Origin: Streptomyces sp.
Lineage (GTDB): Bacteria; Actinomycetota; Actinomycetes; Streptomycetales; Streptomycetaceae
DNA length: 64,000 nucleotides
Assembly: GCF_019510245.1 (NCBI RefSeq)
Contig: NZ_JAEKKT010000203.1
Coordinates: forward strand, 5,639 to 69,638
Reading direction: 5' to 3'
Shown: piece by piece, positions 39,145 to 49,036 of the stretch
Numbering within the stretch: position 1 is the first letter of the stretch
Layout: each line of letters opens with the position of its first letter
Notes under the pieces: generated by a model
What the model saw: only the letters and a program-made list of their open reading frames with translations
Databases searched by the model: none
What the model was told of the DNA's origin: nothing
Position numbers and translations under genes: made by a program

Positions 39145-39972
39145 GTGACCCACGCACCACAGCATCGCATCCAGGTCGTCGCGCACCGCGGGGCCTCGGA
39201 GTACGCCCCCGAGCACACGCTGGCCGCGTACCGGAAGGCCATCGAGGACGGCGCCGACGCCCTGGAGTGCGACGTACGCCTGACCGCCGACGGCCACCTG
39301 GTGTGCGTCCACGACCGCCGGGTCAACCGTACGTCCAACGGCCGGGGCGCGGTCTCGGCCCTGGAGCTCGCGGATCTGGCCGCCCTGGACTTCGGCTCGT
39401 GGCGGAAGGGTCCGGCCTGGCGCGGGCGGGACGAGGAGCCCGACTGGGAGTTCCGGCCCGAGGACCGCGCGGACACTGCCGTACTGACGCTGGAGCGGCT
39501 GCTGGAGCTGGTCGCGGACTCCGGGCGGCGGGTGGAGCTGGCGATCGAGACCAAGCACCCCACGCGGTGGGCGGGGCAGGTCGAGGAGCGGCTGCTGGTC
39601 CTGCTCAAGCGCTTCGGGCTGGACGCTCCGGCCACCCCCGCCGAGTCGCCGGTGCGGGTCATGAGCTTCTCCGCGCGGTCGCTGGCCCGGGTGCGGGCGG
39701 CCTCGCCGACGCTGCCGACGGTCTATCTGCTGCAGTTCCTCTCGCCACGGCTGCGCGACGGGCGGCTGCCGGCCGGGGTGCGGATCGCGGGCCCCTCGAT
39801 CCGGATCGTGCGCAATCACCCGGCCTACGTCGAACGGTTGCAGCGCAACGGCCACCAGGTGCACGTCTGGACGGTGAACGAGCCGGAGGACGTGGACCTG
39901 TGCGTGGAGCTCGGCATCGACGCGATCATCACCAACCGGCCGGCGGCCGTGCTGAGCCGACTGGGGCGCTGA
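39145..39972 (+). CDS. Glycerophosphodiester phosphodiesterase
   Basis: AHRGAS..PEHT, LECDV, VCVHD, IETK, WTVN, IITN.P. Confidence 0.92.
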   Translation: MTHAPQHRIQVVAHRGASEYAPEHTLAAYRKAIEDGADALECDVRLTADGHLVCVHDRRVNRTSNGRGAVSALELADLAALDFGSWRKGPAWRGRDEEPDWEFRPEDRADTAVLTLERLLELVADSGRRVELAIETKHPTRWAGQVEERLLVLLKRFGLDAPATPAESPVRVMSFSARSLARVRAASPTLPTVYLLQFLSPRLRDGRLPAGVRIAGPSIRIVRNHPAYVERLQRNGHQVHVWTVNEPEDVDLCVELGIDAIITNRPAAVLSRLGR

Positions 39973-40307
39973 GGCGCCGCGGCGCCGCGGCTGCTCAGGA
40001 CGCGGGCGGACCGTGCATGGTGGTCCGTCCTGATCAGGGCTCAGATAAAGAGTCGAGTAAGGACACTTCGCACCTCTTGACCCGACAGCCCGCCCACAGC
40101 ATCCTCACTTCTCGGCCACACCATCGAAATTCAGCCACACGTGGCCATATCTGGGGGATATGGCGACGACCCGTCACAGGGAGTGCTCCGGCGCGTTCGG
40201 CGCGTATTCGTTCGTTGCGAATGCGTCGCCGGGCATTCATCGGCCGGTTTCCGGTTCAGGCCAATGGGGCATTCACACCGTGGCGTGGGGCAAAGGAGGT
40301 CTCGGGG

Positions 40308-40859
40308 GTGGCGTTGGTGGTGGCACAGGAGGTGCCCACGTCGTCGAGCATGGCCGTACCCCATGGCCCTGCGGGCGTGGGGAAGGCGAGGCACCGCATG
40401 CGCGATCAGTTGCGCACGGGCGGTCTGTCGGAGGCGGTCATCGACGATGCCGTACTGATCCTTTCCGAACTGTTGAGCAATGCCTGCAAACACGGGCGCC
40501 CCCTGGGGGACGCGCTGGCCGGGGACGGCGACGTCCGGGCCGCCTGGCAGGTGGACACGCGCGGCCGGCTGATCGTCGAGGTGACGGACGGCGGCGGCCC
40601 GACCCGCCCGGCGCCGATGACCCCGTCGGTCACGGCGCACGGCGGCCGCGGGCTGAACATCATCACGGCGCTGGCCGACGACTGGGGCGTCCGGGACGAC
40701 GCCCGGGGCGAGGTCACCGTCTGGGTCGTGGTCCACAAGGACGTGCGTGGTCCGGGCACCCGGGACCGCCGCGACGCCTTCGCCACGCGCGTCATGGCGC
40801 CCTCGGTCCCGGAGATGGCCGACCTGGACTTCGCGGACGCGTTCGACGACATGGACTGA
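40308..40859 (+). CDS. RsbW-like HATPase_c protein
   Basis: AAGGAGG RBS; SELLSNA.KHG, EVTDGG, GGRGL. Confidence 0.88.
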   Translation: MALVVAQEVPTSSSMAVPHGPAGVGKARHRMRDQLRTGGLSEAVIDDAVLILSELLSNACKHGRPLGDALAGDGDVRAAWQVDTRGRLIVEVTDGGGPTRPAPMTPSVTAHGGRGLNIITALADDWGVRDDARGEVTVWVVVHKDVRGPGTRDRRDAFATRVMAPSVPEMADLDFADAFDDMD

Positions 40860-40877
40860 GTCCAAAGAATCTTGAGT

Positions 40878-40937
40878 GACCTGGGCCGCCCGCTCCTTCG
40901 GCGACCCGACCTGGACCGCCCGCTCCTCGGCGACCCC
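40878..40937 (+). repeat. Two-copy ~30-bp direct repeat
   Basis: GACCTGG(G/A)CCGCCCGCTCCT(T)CGGCGACCC twice. Confidence 0.7.
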
Positions 40938-41039
40938 ACCATGACGTGTCGGCGCCGTTGTCCACAGGTTCCCGTGGTCCAGGGCATGAACGGCTAGGCT
41001 CCGCCCGTACGAGACGAGCCGTAACCGGGAGACACCCAG

Positions 41040-42005
41040 ATGGCCAAGAAGCGACCCCAGACGACGGCCACGCGGCCGCAGCTCAGCGACGCAGAGATCC
41101 CGGTCGTCGGTGCCCGTGAGCCCTGCCCCTGCGGCAGCGGCCGCCGCTACAAGGCCTGCCACGGCCGGGCGGCGGCGCACGCGGCGACCGAGCTGGTGCA
41201 CCGCCCGTTCGAGGGGCTGGCCGGCGAGGGCGACTGGGTTGCGCTGCGCGAACTGGTCCCCGCCGCCACCGTCGAGCTGACCCTGAAGGACGGTCTGCCC
41301 GAGGGCGTCCCCTCGGTCACGCTCGCCACCGTGCTGCCGATGGCCTGGCCGGCACTGCGCCGCGACGACGGCACGGTCCTGATCGGCCTGCAGAACGACA
41401 CGGCCTCCGGCGACATCAGCCGCGACCTCGCCGACACCCTCCAGCGCGCCCTCACCGCCGAGCCGGGCACCCCGGTGCAGGGCCGCCGCGCCCCCGCCGA
41501 CAGCCCCCGGCTGCAGGACCTGCTCGACCCGAAGGGCCCGTTCGAGCCAGTTGTGCACGACGGCTTCGAGTTCTGGGTGCAGGACGCGGAGAACGCCACC
41601 CCCGACGTGACCGCCTCCCTGGAGCGGGCCAACGCGGCGGCCATCCCGACGGTGAAGCTGACCGGCGTCGACTCCGCCTACTGGTGCGAGACGCCCGAGA
41701 AGAACCACCTGCGGTGGGTCATGCCGTACCCCGAGGAGCAGCTTCTGGACGCTCTCGCGCGGCTGCACGCGGCGGGCCGGTCCAGCCTCGGCGAGGGCAC
41801 CCGGTTGGTCGGTTCCTTCCGTGCCCACGGCCTCACCGTGCCGGTCTGGGACCTGCCGAGCGGGGTCGGGGCGGAGGACGTGGAGAAGCCGGCCGCCGAG
41901 TTCGCCGAGCGGCTCGCGACCGCCCTGGCCTCGGAGGCACCGCTCACCGCCGACGAGCGGCGGGCCCGCGGCGGCCTCACCAACCGACAGGTCACGCTCA
42001 GCTGA
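41040..42005 (+). CDS. SEC-C motif protein (DUF5926-like)
   Basis: CPCGSGRRYKACHG, RPFEGL. Confidence 0.85.
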   Translation: MAKKRPQTTATRPQLSDAEIPVVGAREPCPCGSGRRYKACHGRAAAHAATELVHRPFEGLAGEGDWVALRELVPAATVELTLKDGLPEGVPSVTLATVLPMAWPALRRDDGTVLIGLQNDTASGDISRDLADTLQRALTAEPGTPVQGRRAPADSPRLQDLLDPKGPFEPVVHDGFEFWVQDAENATPDVTASLERANAAAIPTVKLTGVDSAYWCETPEKNHLRWVMPYPEEQLLDALARLHAAGRSSLGEGTRLVGSFRAHGLTVPVWDLPSGVGAEDVEKPAAEFAERLATALASEAPLTADERRARGGLTNRQVTLS

Positions 42006-42167
42006 CGATCAGCATGGGCACAGGGTGGCGGCTGACCGGTCGGTCAGCCGCCCCAGGCCCGTTTGCCCGGGTGACTCCTGTCACAACTTCCCTACACGGC
42101 AAGCAAATACGTGTCCGAATAGCCGAGATCGAATTTGCGAACCGCCGATCTCTTGTTACCGTCTCAG

Positions 42168-42214
42168 TAGCCCGGTTGCTGGTGCATCCCCCGTCGCCAG
42201 CAACCGGGCCTTTT
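42168..42214 (+). ncRNA. Candidate small hairpin RNA or terminator with C-rich loop
   Basis: TTGCGA-N16-TACCGT promoter-like motif, then a 15-bp stem with CATCCCCCGT loop and TTTT. Confidence 0.4.
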
Positions 42215-42250
42215 CATGCCCGCATCCGGTGTACGGAAGGCAGCAGTTCG

Positions 42251-42811
42251 TCAACTCCCGTTTGACCGTTGGGAGTTGCCCGCGACGGGGTCACCGGCGC
42301 CGGCGTCCGCCGAGTTGCTCGCGGAGCGCAGCAGCAGTGGGCCGCCGTCGCGTGCCGCGAACTCCGTGACGGCCGTGTAGGCGTCCAGGGCGCCCCGAGT
42401 GTGCTCCCGGGGCGTCTCACAGGTGGCCGGCTCGTCGTCGCCCGCGGCGTCGGCGGCGCAGTGCGTCTGCACGGTGCGGCCGTGCGGGCCCAGGAGGCTC
42501 AGGACGCCCTCCAGGGCCGCCCCGGTGGCGTTGCGGTAGTAGGTGCGCGCCCAGGTGTCCGCGCCCTGGGCCATCACGCAGGTCTGCGCCTCGACGCCGT
42601 CCGGCGAGGTGAGTTCGGGACCGCAGCGGGCGGCCGTGGCCAGGCCCAGGCCGAGCACCAGCGGAGACCGGACGGGCAGCGGCAGCTTCTCGTCGTCCTG
42701 CCGGGCGGGGTGTACGGCGGAGTCACCCACCTGTCCCGCGGACGCCACGGCCAGCGGCAGCGCTACCGCGCACACCATGACGCCCGCGAGGGCGAGGAGA
42801 CGCACGTTCAT
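42251..42811 (-). CDS. Secreted hypothetical protein
   Basis: Signal peptide, four Cys, RTYYRNATG. Confidence 0.7.
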   Translation of the reverse strand: MNVRLLALAGVMVCAVALPLAVASAGQVGDSAVHPARQDDEKLPLPVRSPLVLGLGLATAARCGPELTSPDGVEAQTCVMAQGADTWARTYYRNATGAALEGVLSLLGPHGRTVQTHCAADAAGDDEPATCETPREHTRGALDAYTAVTEFAARDGGPLLLRSASNSADAGAGDPVAGNSQRSNGS

Positions 42812-42865
42812 GTGCGGAGGGTAACCACGCGGACGCGGGAAGCCGCGTTCGCGCGCCCGACACCC

Positions 42866-43540
42866 CTACAACTCGGGTGCGCTCACACCCGTACGGGTGA
42901 GGGCGTCGACCACGGCGTCCACCACGGCCTCCACGTCGGGCACCCAGGGCCTGGCCGAACCGGGCAGCGGGGCCCGCTCCCAGCGGATGGCGCCCGGGCC
43001 GGTCCCGGAGGGCGGCAGGGCGAGATAGCCGCCCTCGCCGTGGAAGCGGAGCGAGCCGGGGACGAAGTCCTGGGCGTAGAGCAGCTCGCCCAGCTGTTCC
43101 ATCGAGTACGGCTTGACGAGCAGCGCCCAGCGGGTGGGCGCGGCGACCACCGGGCCGAGGCGCAGGCCCCGGCGGTCGAGGAGACTGAGAGCGCGGGAGG
43201 CGGCGAGCGCCGGGAGGCTGACCGCGCAGGGCGCCTTGCCGCCGGCGGCTCCGGTGGCGAGGACGATCGGGGCCGTCGGCCGGTTCCCCCACCACCAGCG
43301 GACCATGCGCTCGTCGGTGGTGGCGGCGAGCAGGCCGGGGTCGAAGGGGTGTGCACCGGGCACCGTGCACTCGGGGTCGGGACACGTGCACCGGGCCCGC
43401 CCCTGAGGGTCGGGAGCCACGCCCGGGAGTACGGGCCACTGCCATTCCGTCGCGAAGGTCAGGGCCGCGTCGATAAATTCAGGACCCTTGTCGTTCCGCC
43501 TGGACAGGAGCCTGCGTCGCCTTCCGAGGATCTCGCGCAT
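42866..43540 (-). CDS. Prim-Pol N-terminal domain protein, probably degenerate
   Basis: WPVLPG, C.C...C..PGAHP, ATTD....WW, GGYLALPPS; no DxD visible. Confidence 0.8.
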   Translation of the reverse strand: MREILGRRRRLLSRRNDKGPEFIDAALTFATEWQWPVLPGVAPDPQGRARCTCPDPECTVPGAHPFDPGLLAATTDERMVRWWWGNRPTAPIVLATGAAGGKAPCAVSLPALAASRALSLLDRRGLRLGPVVAAPTRWALLVKPYSMEQLGELLYAQDFVPGSLRFHGEGGYLALPPSGTGPGAIRWERAPLPGSARPWVPDVEAVVDAVVDALTRTGVSAPEL

Positions 43541-44077
43541 GAGCGCTCGTTCCTTTCCGTTGCACCGCTGGCAACACCGTGGACCACATCACACCATGTG
43601 TCGATCACTTCACTGTGCGTACCTGTTGGCGCATCACACCTGGGGGTGGCGAAGTCTGGCGTTTTGCCGTTCCGAGTGTTTCTCTCCGCCTCCGCCACGG
43701 GAGGATGGGGCACGGTCGTCGGTGGTTAAGACGCCCGGGTCCGTCGCCAGGTTCCGGGTGGCCCCCCAACCACCCCTGGCCTTCTCCGAGTACGTACCCA
43801 TCACGACCGTTGTGACGCTCCGTGGAGCAAGGCCAGTCGACCGCAATGAACCGCTGCCCGAGTCAGTTTTAAGCCAACTTTGCCTTTGTGCAAGCCGTCC
43901 GGGAGAACCCCTAGAGAACGCCTCAAGAGGCCCACGGACACCAGGAATCCCGGCAGGACAATGCTGGACATCCCCTCACGAGTGCGTGTACATGTGGAGA
44001 CACTGCCAGCGGCGCAGAAGGACATGGGGGTTTGCGATGCTTTTGAGCAATACGCACAGGTCTGAAAGCCGGACGCG

Positions 44078-45460
44078 ATGAACGCCCCGCACCCCCCGAA
44101 AGTGGCTGGAATCGATTCAACGGTCCCCACTCCCGCCCACACTGTCGCGCCGGTCCCCCCTGCCCCCGCCGCACCCCCCGTCCCGAAGGTCCCCGCCGCC
44201 CCGGCGCCCGGCACCGTCCTCCAGGACCGGCTGGCCGGCTGGGTCTCCGACCTCACCACCCTGCACGAACTGACCGAACGGCTCGCCCGGACCAGCGCGC
44301 TGGAACCGGCCCTCCAGGAACTGCTGCGCGCCGGTGCCGCCCTGGTGGGCGCCCGGCGCGGTCTGGTGGCACTGGAGCCCGCCGACGGGCTGGGCCCGCA
44401 CACCACGCTCGGCCTCGGCCTCGGCCGCGCGGACCTGGGCCACCTGGAGACGGTCCCGCGCGGCGCACTGCCGTACGACGGCGGTACCGCCGAAGCGGTG
44501 CACCCGGACCTGTTCGCGGAGGACGGCCTCGACCCGCGCCACCGCGAGGTCGCCGCCCGCCTCGGCTACGCCGCCAGCTACGCGCTCCCCCTCGTCACCG
44601 ACGCGGCCGACCGCCTCGGCGCGGTCGCCTGGCTGTACGACGAACCGGCCCAGCCGCACGAACGCCGACGCCACCTCGCCGGCCTGTACGTCAGGCACGC
44701 GGCCGAGCACCTGGCCCGGCTGCTGGAGGTCGAGCGCACGCGCGCGTGCATGGCGACCATCGCCGAGGAGCTGCTCCCCTCCCGGCTGCCCCGGGTGGCC
44801 GGCGTCCAGGTCGCCGCCCGGCACCGCACCGGCCCGCGCGGCGGCGGCGACTGGTACGACGCGCTGCCGCTGCCCGACGCCGCCCTGGGGCTCGCCGTCG
44901 GCTCGGTCACCGGCTCCGGGCCCAGCGCGGTCGCCGCGATGGGCCGGCTGCGCGCCTCGCTGCGGGCGTACGCCGTGATGGAGGGCGAGGACCCGGTCGC
45001 GGTCCTCTCCGACCTGGAACTGCTGCTGCGGCTGACCGAGCCGGCCCGCTCCGCCACCGCCCTGTTCGGCTACTGCGAGCCCGCGCTGCGCAAGGTCACC
45101 CTCGCCGGGGCAGGACACAGCCCGCCGCTGCTGATCGGGGAGCACCGCACGGAGTTCGCGGAGACCTCGGTGTCCGCGCCGCTGGGCATGCTGGCCTGCT
45201 GGGAGGCGCCCAGCGTGGAGATCGAGGCGGAGGCCGGCGAGACCGTGCTCCTCTACACCGACGGGCTGCTGCACCGCACCGGCGACCCCATGGACCGCGC
45301 CTTCGCCCGGCTGCACACGGCCGCCGCGAGCGTCCCGCGCGCGCTGCGCCACGACCCCGGGGCGATCGCCGACCACGTCCTGCGCACGGTGCTGCCGGGC
45401 GGCCTGGACGAGGCCGACAGCCAGGAGGACGTGGTCCTGCTGGCGGCCCGCTTCGACTGA
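44078..45460 (+). CDS. GAF plus PP2C/SpoIIE-like protein
   Basis: GGDWYD, AGHSPP, LYTDGL, EDVVLL; the DVxG motif reads SVTG. Confidence 0.88.
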   Translation: MNAPHPPKVAGIDSTVPTPAHTVAPVPPAPAAPPVPKVPAAPAPGTVLQDRLAGWVSDLTTLHELTERLARTSALEPALQELLRAGAALVGARRGLVALEPADGLGPHTTLGLGLGRADLGHLETVPRGALPYDGGTAEAVHPDLFAEDGLDPRHREVAARLGYAASYALPLVTDAADRLGAVAWLYDEPAQPHERRRHLAGLYVRHAAEHLARLLEVERTRACMATIAEELLPSRLPRVAGVQVAARHRTGPRGGGDWYDALPLPDAALGLAVGSVTGSGPSAVAAMGRLRASLRAYAVMEGEDPVAVLSDLELLLRLTEPARSATALFGYCEPALRKVTLAGAGHSPPLLIGEHRTEFAETSVSAPLGMLACWEAPSVEIEAEAGETVLLYTDGLLHRTGDPMDRAFARLHTAAASVPRALRHDPGAIADHVLRTVLPGGLDEADSQEDVVLLAARFD

Positions 45461-45482
45461 CCGGTCAGTCAGGAGAAGCACC

Positions 45483-45540
45483 GGAGGAGCGCAGGAGGAG
45501 CACAGGAGGAGCACAGGACGAGCGCAGGAGGAGCGCAGGA
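45483..45540 (+). repeat. 11-bp purine-rich tandem repeat
   Basis: GGAGGAGC(G/A)CA about five times. Confidence 0.7.
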
Positions 45541-45649
45541 AGACGGAGGCGGAGACACCTCACACGGCTGCGGGCCCCGAGTCCCTGGGACGCCGTTCGG
45601 TACGACCGTACGATGGACGGGATCCACTGCAGTGTCGAGGAGGATAACC

Positions 45650-47119
45650 GTGTCCGACGAGCTCACCCCGGAAAATCCGGAGACCCCGGAGACCGAGTCG
45701 GAAGAGCCGATCAAGCAGCGCAAGAACGGCCTGTACCCGGGCGTGTCCGACGAGCTCGCCGAGAGCATGAAGTCCGGCTGGGCCGATACGGAGCTGCGCG
45801 ATCTCAAGCCCGTCGAGCAGGCCGGGCACACCGCCCGCCGCCGCGCGGAGCTGTCCGCCCGCTTCCCGGGCGAGCGCCTGGTGATCCCGGCCGGCAACCT
45901 GAAGACCCGCTCGAACGACACGGACTACCCCTTCCGGGCGTCCGTCGAGTACGTCTACCTCACCGGCAACCAGACCGAGGACGGCGTACTGGTCCTGGAG
46001 CCGAAAGACGACGGCCATGAGGCCACCGTCTACCTGCTGCCGCGCTCCGACCGCGAGAACGGCGAGTTCTGGCTCTCCGGCCAGGGCGAGCTGTGGGTCG
46101 GCCGCCGCCACTCGCTGACCGAGTCCGAGGCGCTCTACGGCATCCCCGCCGCCGACGTCCGGGAGCTCGCCGACAAGCTCCGCGAGGCCACCGGCCCGGT
46201 CCGGGTCGTGCGCGGCTACGACGCCGGCATCCAGGCCGCGCTGACCGACAAGGTCACCGCCGAGCGCGACGAGGAGCTGCGGGTCTTCCTCTCCGAGGCA
46301 CGCCTGGTCAAGGACGAGTGGGAGGTCGGCGAGCTGCAGAAGGCCGTCGACTCCACGGTCCGCGGCTTCGAGGACGTCGTGAAGGTCCTCGACAAGGCCG
46401 AGGCCACGAGCGAGCGCTACATCGAGGGCACGTTCTTCCTCCGCGCACGCGTGGAGGGCAACGACATCGGCTACGGCTCCATCTGCGCGGCCGGCCCGCA
46501 CGCCTGCACCCTGCACTGGGTGCGCAACGACGGCCCGGTCCGCTCGGGCGACCTGCTCCTCCTGGACGCCGGCGTCGAGACGCACTCCCTGTACACCGCG
46601 GACGTCACGCGGACGCTGCCGGTCAACGGCACGTACAGCGAGCTGCAGAAGAAGATCTACGACGCCGTCTACGACGCCCAGGAGGCCGGCATCGCGGCGG
46701 TGCAGCCGGGTGCGAAGTACCGCGACTTCCACGACGCCGCGCAGCGGGTGCTGGCCGAGCGGCTCGTCGAGTGGGGGCTCGTCGAGGGGCCGGTCGAGCG
46801 GGTGCTGGAGCTGGGTCTGCAGCGCCGGTGGACGCTGCACGGCACCGGGCACATGCTCGGCCTCGACGTCCACGACTGCGCTGCCGCGCGGACCGAGACG
46901 TATGTGGAGGGCGTCCTGGAGGCCGGGATGGTGCTGACCGTCGAGCCGGGGCTGTACTTCCAGGCCGACGACCTCACCGTACCGGAGGAGTACCGGGGGA
47001 TCGGCGTGCGGATCGAGGACGACATCCTGGTGACGGCCGACGGGAACCGGAACCTCAGCGCGGGGCTGCCCCGGCGGTCCGACGAGGTCGAGGCGTGGAT
47101 GGCTTCGCTGACGAGCTGA
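45650..47119 (+). CDS. pepP: Xaa-Pro aminopeptidase
   Basis: GAGGAGG RBS; LLDAG, YTADVTRT, HGTGHMLGLDVHD, EPGLY, GVRIEDD. Confidence 0.93.
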   Translation: MSDELTPENPETPETESEEPIKQRKNGLYPGVSDELAESMKSGWADTELRDLKPVEQAGHTARRRAELSARFPGERLVIPAGNLKTRSNDTDYPFRASVEYVYLTGNQTEDGVLVLEPKDDGHEATVYLLPRSDRENGEFWLSGQGELWVGRRHSLTESEALYGIPAADVRELADKLREATGPVRVVRGYDAGIQAALTDKVTAERDEELRVFLSEARLVKDEWEVGELQKAVDSTVRGFEDVVKVLDKAEATSERYIEGTFFLRARVEGNDIGYGSICAAGPHACTLHWVRNDGPVRSGDLLLLDAGVETHSLYTADVTRTLPVNGTYSELQKKIYDAVYDAQEAGIAAVQPGAKYRDFHDAAQRVLAERLVEWGLVEGPVERVLELGLQRRWTLHGTGHMLGLDVHDCAAARTETYVEGVLEAGMVLTVEPGLYFQADDLTVPEEYRGIGVRIEDDILVTADGNRNLSAGLPRRSDEVEAWMASLTS

Positions 47120-47157
47120 CGTGTGATGTGACATCGCCGGGTACCAGGGTCGGGGCG

Positions 47158-47973
47158 TCACAAAGAGGGCAAGGCGTCCAGGAACAAGGCTCCGGCCAGG
47201 AGGCCCGCGCTGCCCCTCGGGCTCCAGCCGCGTTCGTTCAGGTCGGCGTCCATGGCCGCCAGGGCCTCCGCGCCCGCAGCCGTCGCCGTGCCGCCCGCCT
47301 CCAGTACCGTCCGCGCCCCTGCCTGGACCCGGCGCAGGCCCAGCGGGCCCGCGGTGTAGAGGAGTTCGGTGTCCTGGAGGGTGGACATCACGGTCAGCGA
47401 GGCGTCCAGGCGGGCCTGGTTCTCGGTGGCGCCCGCCTTGCGGGCCGTGGCCAGCGCCTCCAGCGCCCTGCGTACGTGCGGGAATCCGGCCCTCGCCTCG
47501 CCCCGGGCGCCGGCCGCGCCGTACTTGGCGGAGATCGTCGAACCCCGGGAGGGTCGCTTGGGGGCGCCCTTGTCGTTGAACGCGGCGATCTTCCGTGCGT
47601 TCACGGCGATCTCGCGGGCCTTGGCGCGGGGGTCCAGGGCGGCCGCCGCGACCAGGAAGCCGAGGGCCCACAGGGCGCCCTTGTGGCCGCCGCCGGCCAG
47701 GCCGACCGAGTGCTCGGTGCACCGGCCGATCGCGCCGAGTTCCGCCCGCAGCACCGGCGTGGCTTCGCCGGTACGGCGAGCGGAGGCGGCCATCGCCGCG
47801 AGGCCGGGCGCCAGCGCCCTGGCCGACCAGCGCAGACTGTCGTGCTCCCGGCGCGTACTGCGGGCGGCCAGGTCACGCGGGTCGGGCAGGCCCGGCTTGG
47901 GGGTCAGGGCCAGCTGACCGGTGAGCGCGGCCACGGCGGCCCGCGCCAGCGCGTCGTCCTCGCCGCTTGTCAT
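47158..47973 (-). CDS. Triphosphoribosyl-dephospho-CoA synthase-like (MdcB/CitG)
   Basis: LTPKPGL, HKGALW..G, GARGEA..GFP, SPRGSA. Confidence 0.8.
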   Translation of the reverse strand: MTSGEDDALARAAVAALTGQLALTPKPGLPDPRDLAARSTRREHDSLRWSARALAPGLAAMAASARRTGEATPVLRAELGAIGRCTEHSVGLAGGGHKGALWALGFLVAAAALDPRAKAREIAVNARKIAAFNDKGAPKRPSRGSTISAKYGAAGARGEARAGFPHVRRALEALATARKAGATENQARLDASLTVMSTLQDTELLYTAGPLGLRRVQAGARTVLEAGGTATAAGAEALAAMDADLNERGWSPRGSAGLLAGALFLDALPSL

Positions 47974-47983
47974 GTCCCTTACC

Positions 47984-48937
47984 TTATGAAGAGGCGGAGG
48001 CCGACGGGGAGGCGCTGTCGCTCGGGGCGTCGCTCGGCGGGGTGCCCGTGGGCGCGTCGCTCGGGGCACCGCTCGGCAGGGTACCGCCGCCGCTGCCGGC
48101 ACCCGTGTTCTCGGCGTCCGGGTCGATGCCCAGGGTCAGTGAGCCCTTGTAGCCCTTCGAGGGGTCCTTCTTGTGCACGGCCTTCAGGGTGAGCAGACCG
48201 CTGGCGGCACCACCGCCGTCGTACACCATGTCGTCGGCGAGGACGGTGTAGTCGCCGGTGTGCTTCGAGTAGGGCTCCAGCGTGAAGATCTCCTCGGCGA
48301 TGCCGTCGGCGAAGAACAGCTGCCCGGTGTAGTTGACCTTGCCGCCCTCGTAGGTGCCGTCCTCCTTCTCGCCGCCCGTGTGCACCTTCACGTGGATGTG
48401 GCAGGTGCGCGGGGTGTACCAGCCCGGAAAGATCGTCTCGAACTTGACGACCCCGTTGGCGTCGGCGATCTGGTAGCCGCGCAGGTAGGTCTTGTCGTCG
48501 GCGGAGTCGCCCTCCTCGCTCTCCGCCGGGGCGGAGCCGCCGGGGTTGGCGGTGGTGTAGCCGGAGTAGTAGCCCCAGGCGTCGCAGTGCCAGATCTCGA
48601 CCGCGGCGCCCTTGACCGGGGTGCAGCCGTCGGTGGCGTCCACGACGGTCAGGCGGAGGGTCAGCGGAACGCCGGCCTTGCCCTCGGTGATGTCCTTGCG
48701 CACCAAGGCACCATCGAGGTAGTACGGCCCTTCCGTGACACTGGTCATCAGCGTCATGCACTCACTGCCGGCCGAACTCGCGGAGGCGGTGGCGTCCGCG
48801 TCGGCGCCGCTGTCGGTCGTGTCGGCGAAGGCCGACTGGAAGCCGGCGACCGCGAGGCCGCCGGCCGCCACCGTGCCGCCGGAGACCGCGAGGGCACGGC
48901 GGCGGGTGATCGACGTGTTTTTGTGGTTTCCCGTCAT
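47984..48937 (-). CDS. Tat-exported intradiol ring-cleavage dioxygenase-like protein
   Basis: TRRRAL, EGPYY, EIWHCD, FPGWY.PR..HIH. Confidence 0.85.
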   Translation of the reverse strand: MTGNHKNTSITRRRALAVSGGTVAAGGLAVAGFQSAFADTTDSGADADATASASSAGSECMTLMTSVTEGPYYLDGALVRKDITEGKAGVPLTLRLTVVDATDGCTPVKGAAVEIWHCDAWGYYSGYTTANPGGSAPAESEEGDSADDKTYLRGYQIADANGVVKFETIFPGWYTPRTCHIHVKVHTGGEKEDGTYEGGKVNYTGQLFFADGIAEEIFTLEPYSKHTGDYTVLADDMVYDGGGAASGLLTLKAVHKKDPSKGYKGSLTLGIDPDAENTGAGSGGGTLPSGAPSDAPTGTPPSDAPSDSASPSASASS

Positions 48938-49036
48938 GGCCGACGAAGCTAGGAACGCCGTTTGTCAGGGGGATGGGCAAGGGCTGGGAACGGCCTGTGA
49001 ACGCCCAGGAAGCTGAACCAGTCGGGAAGCCGCTGG

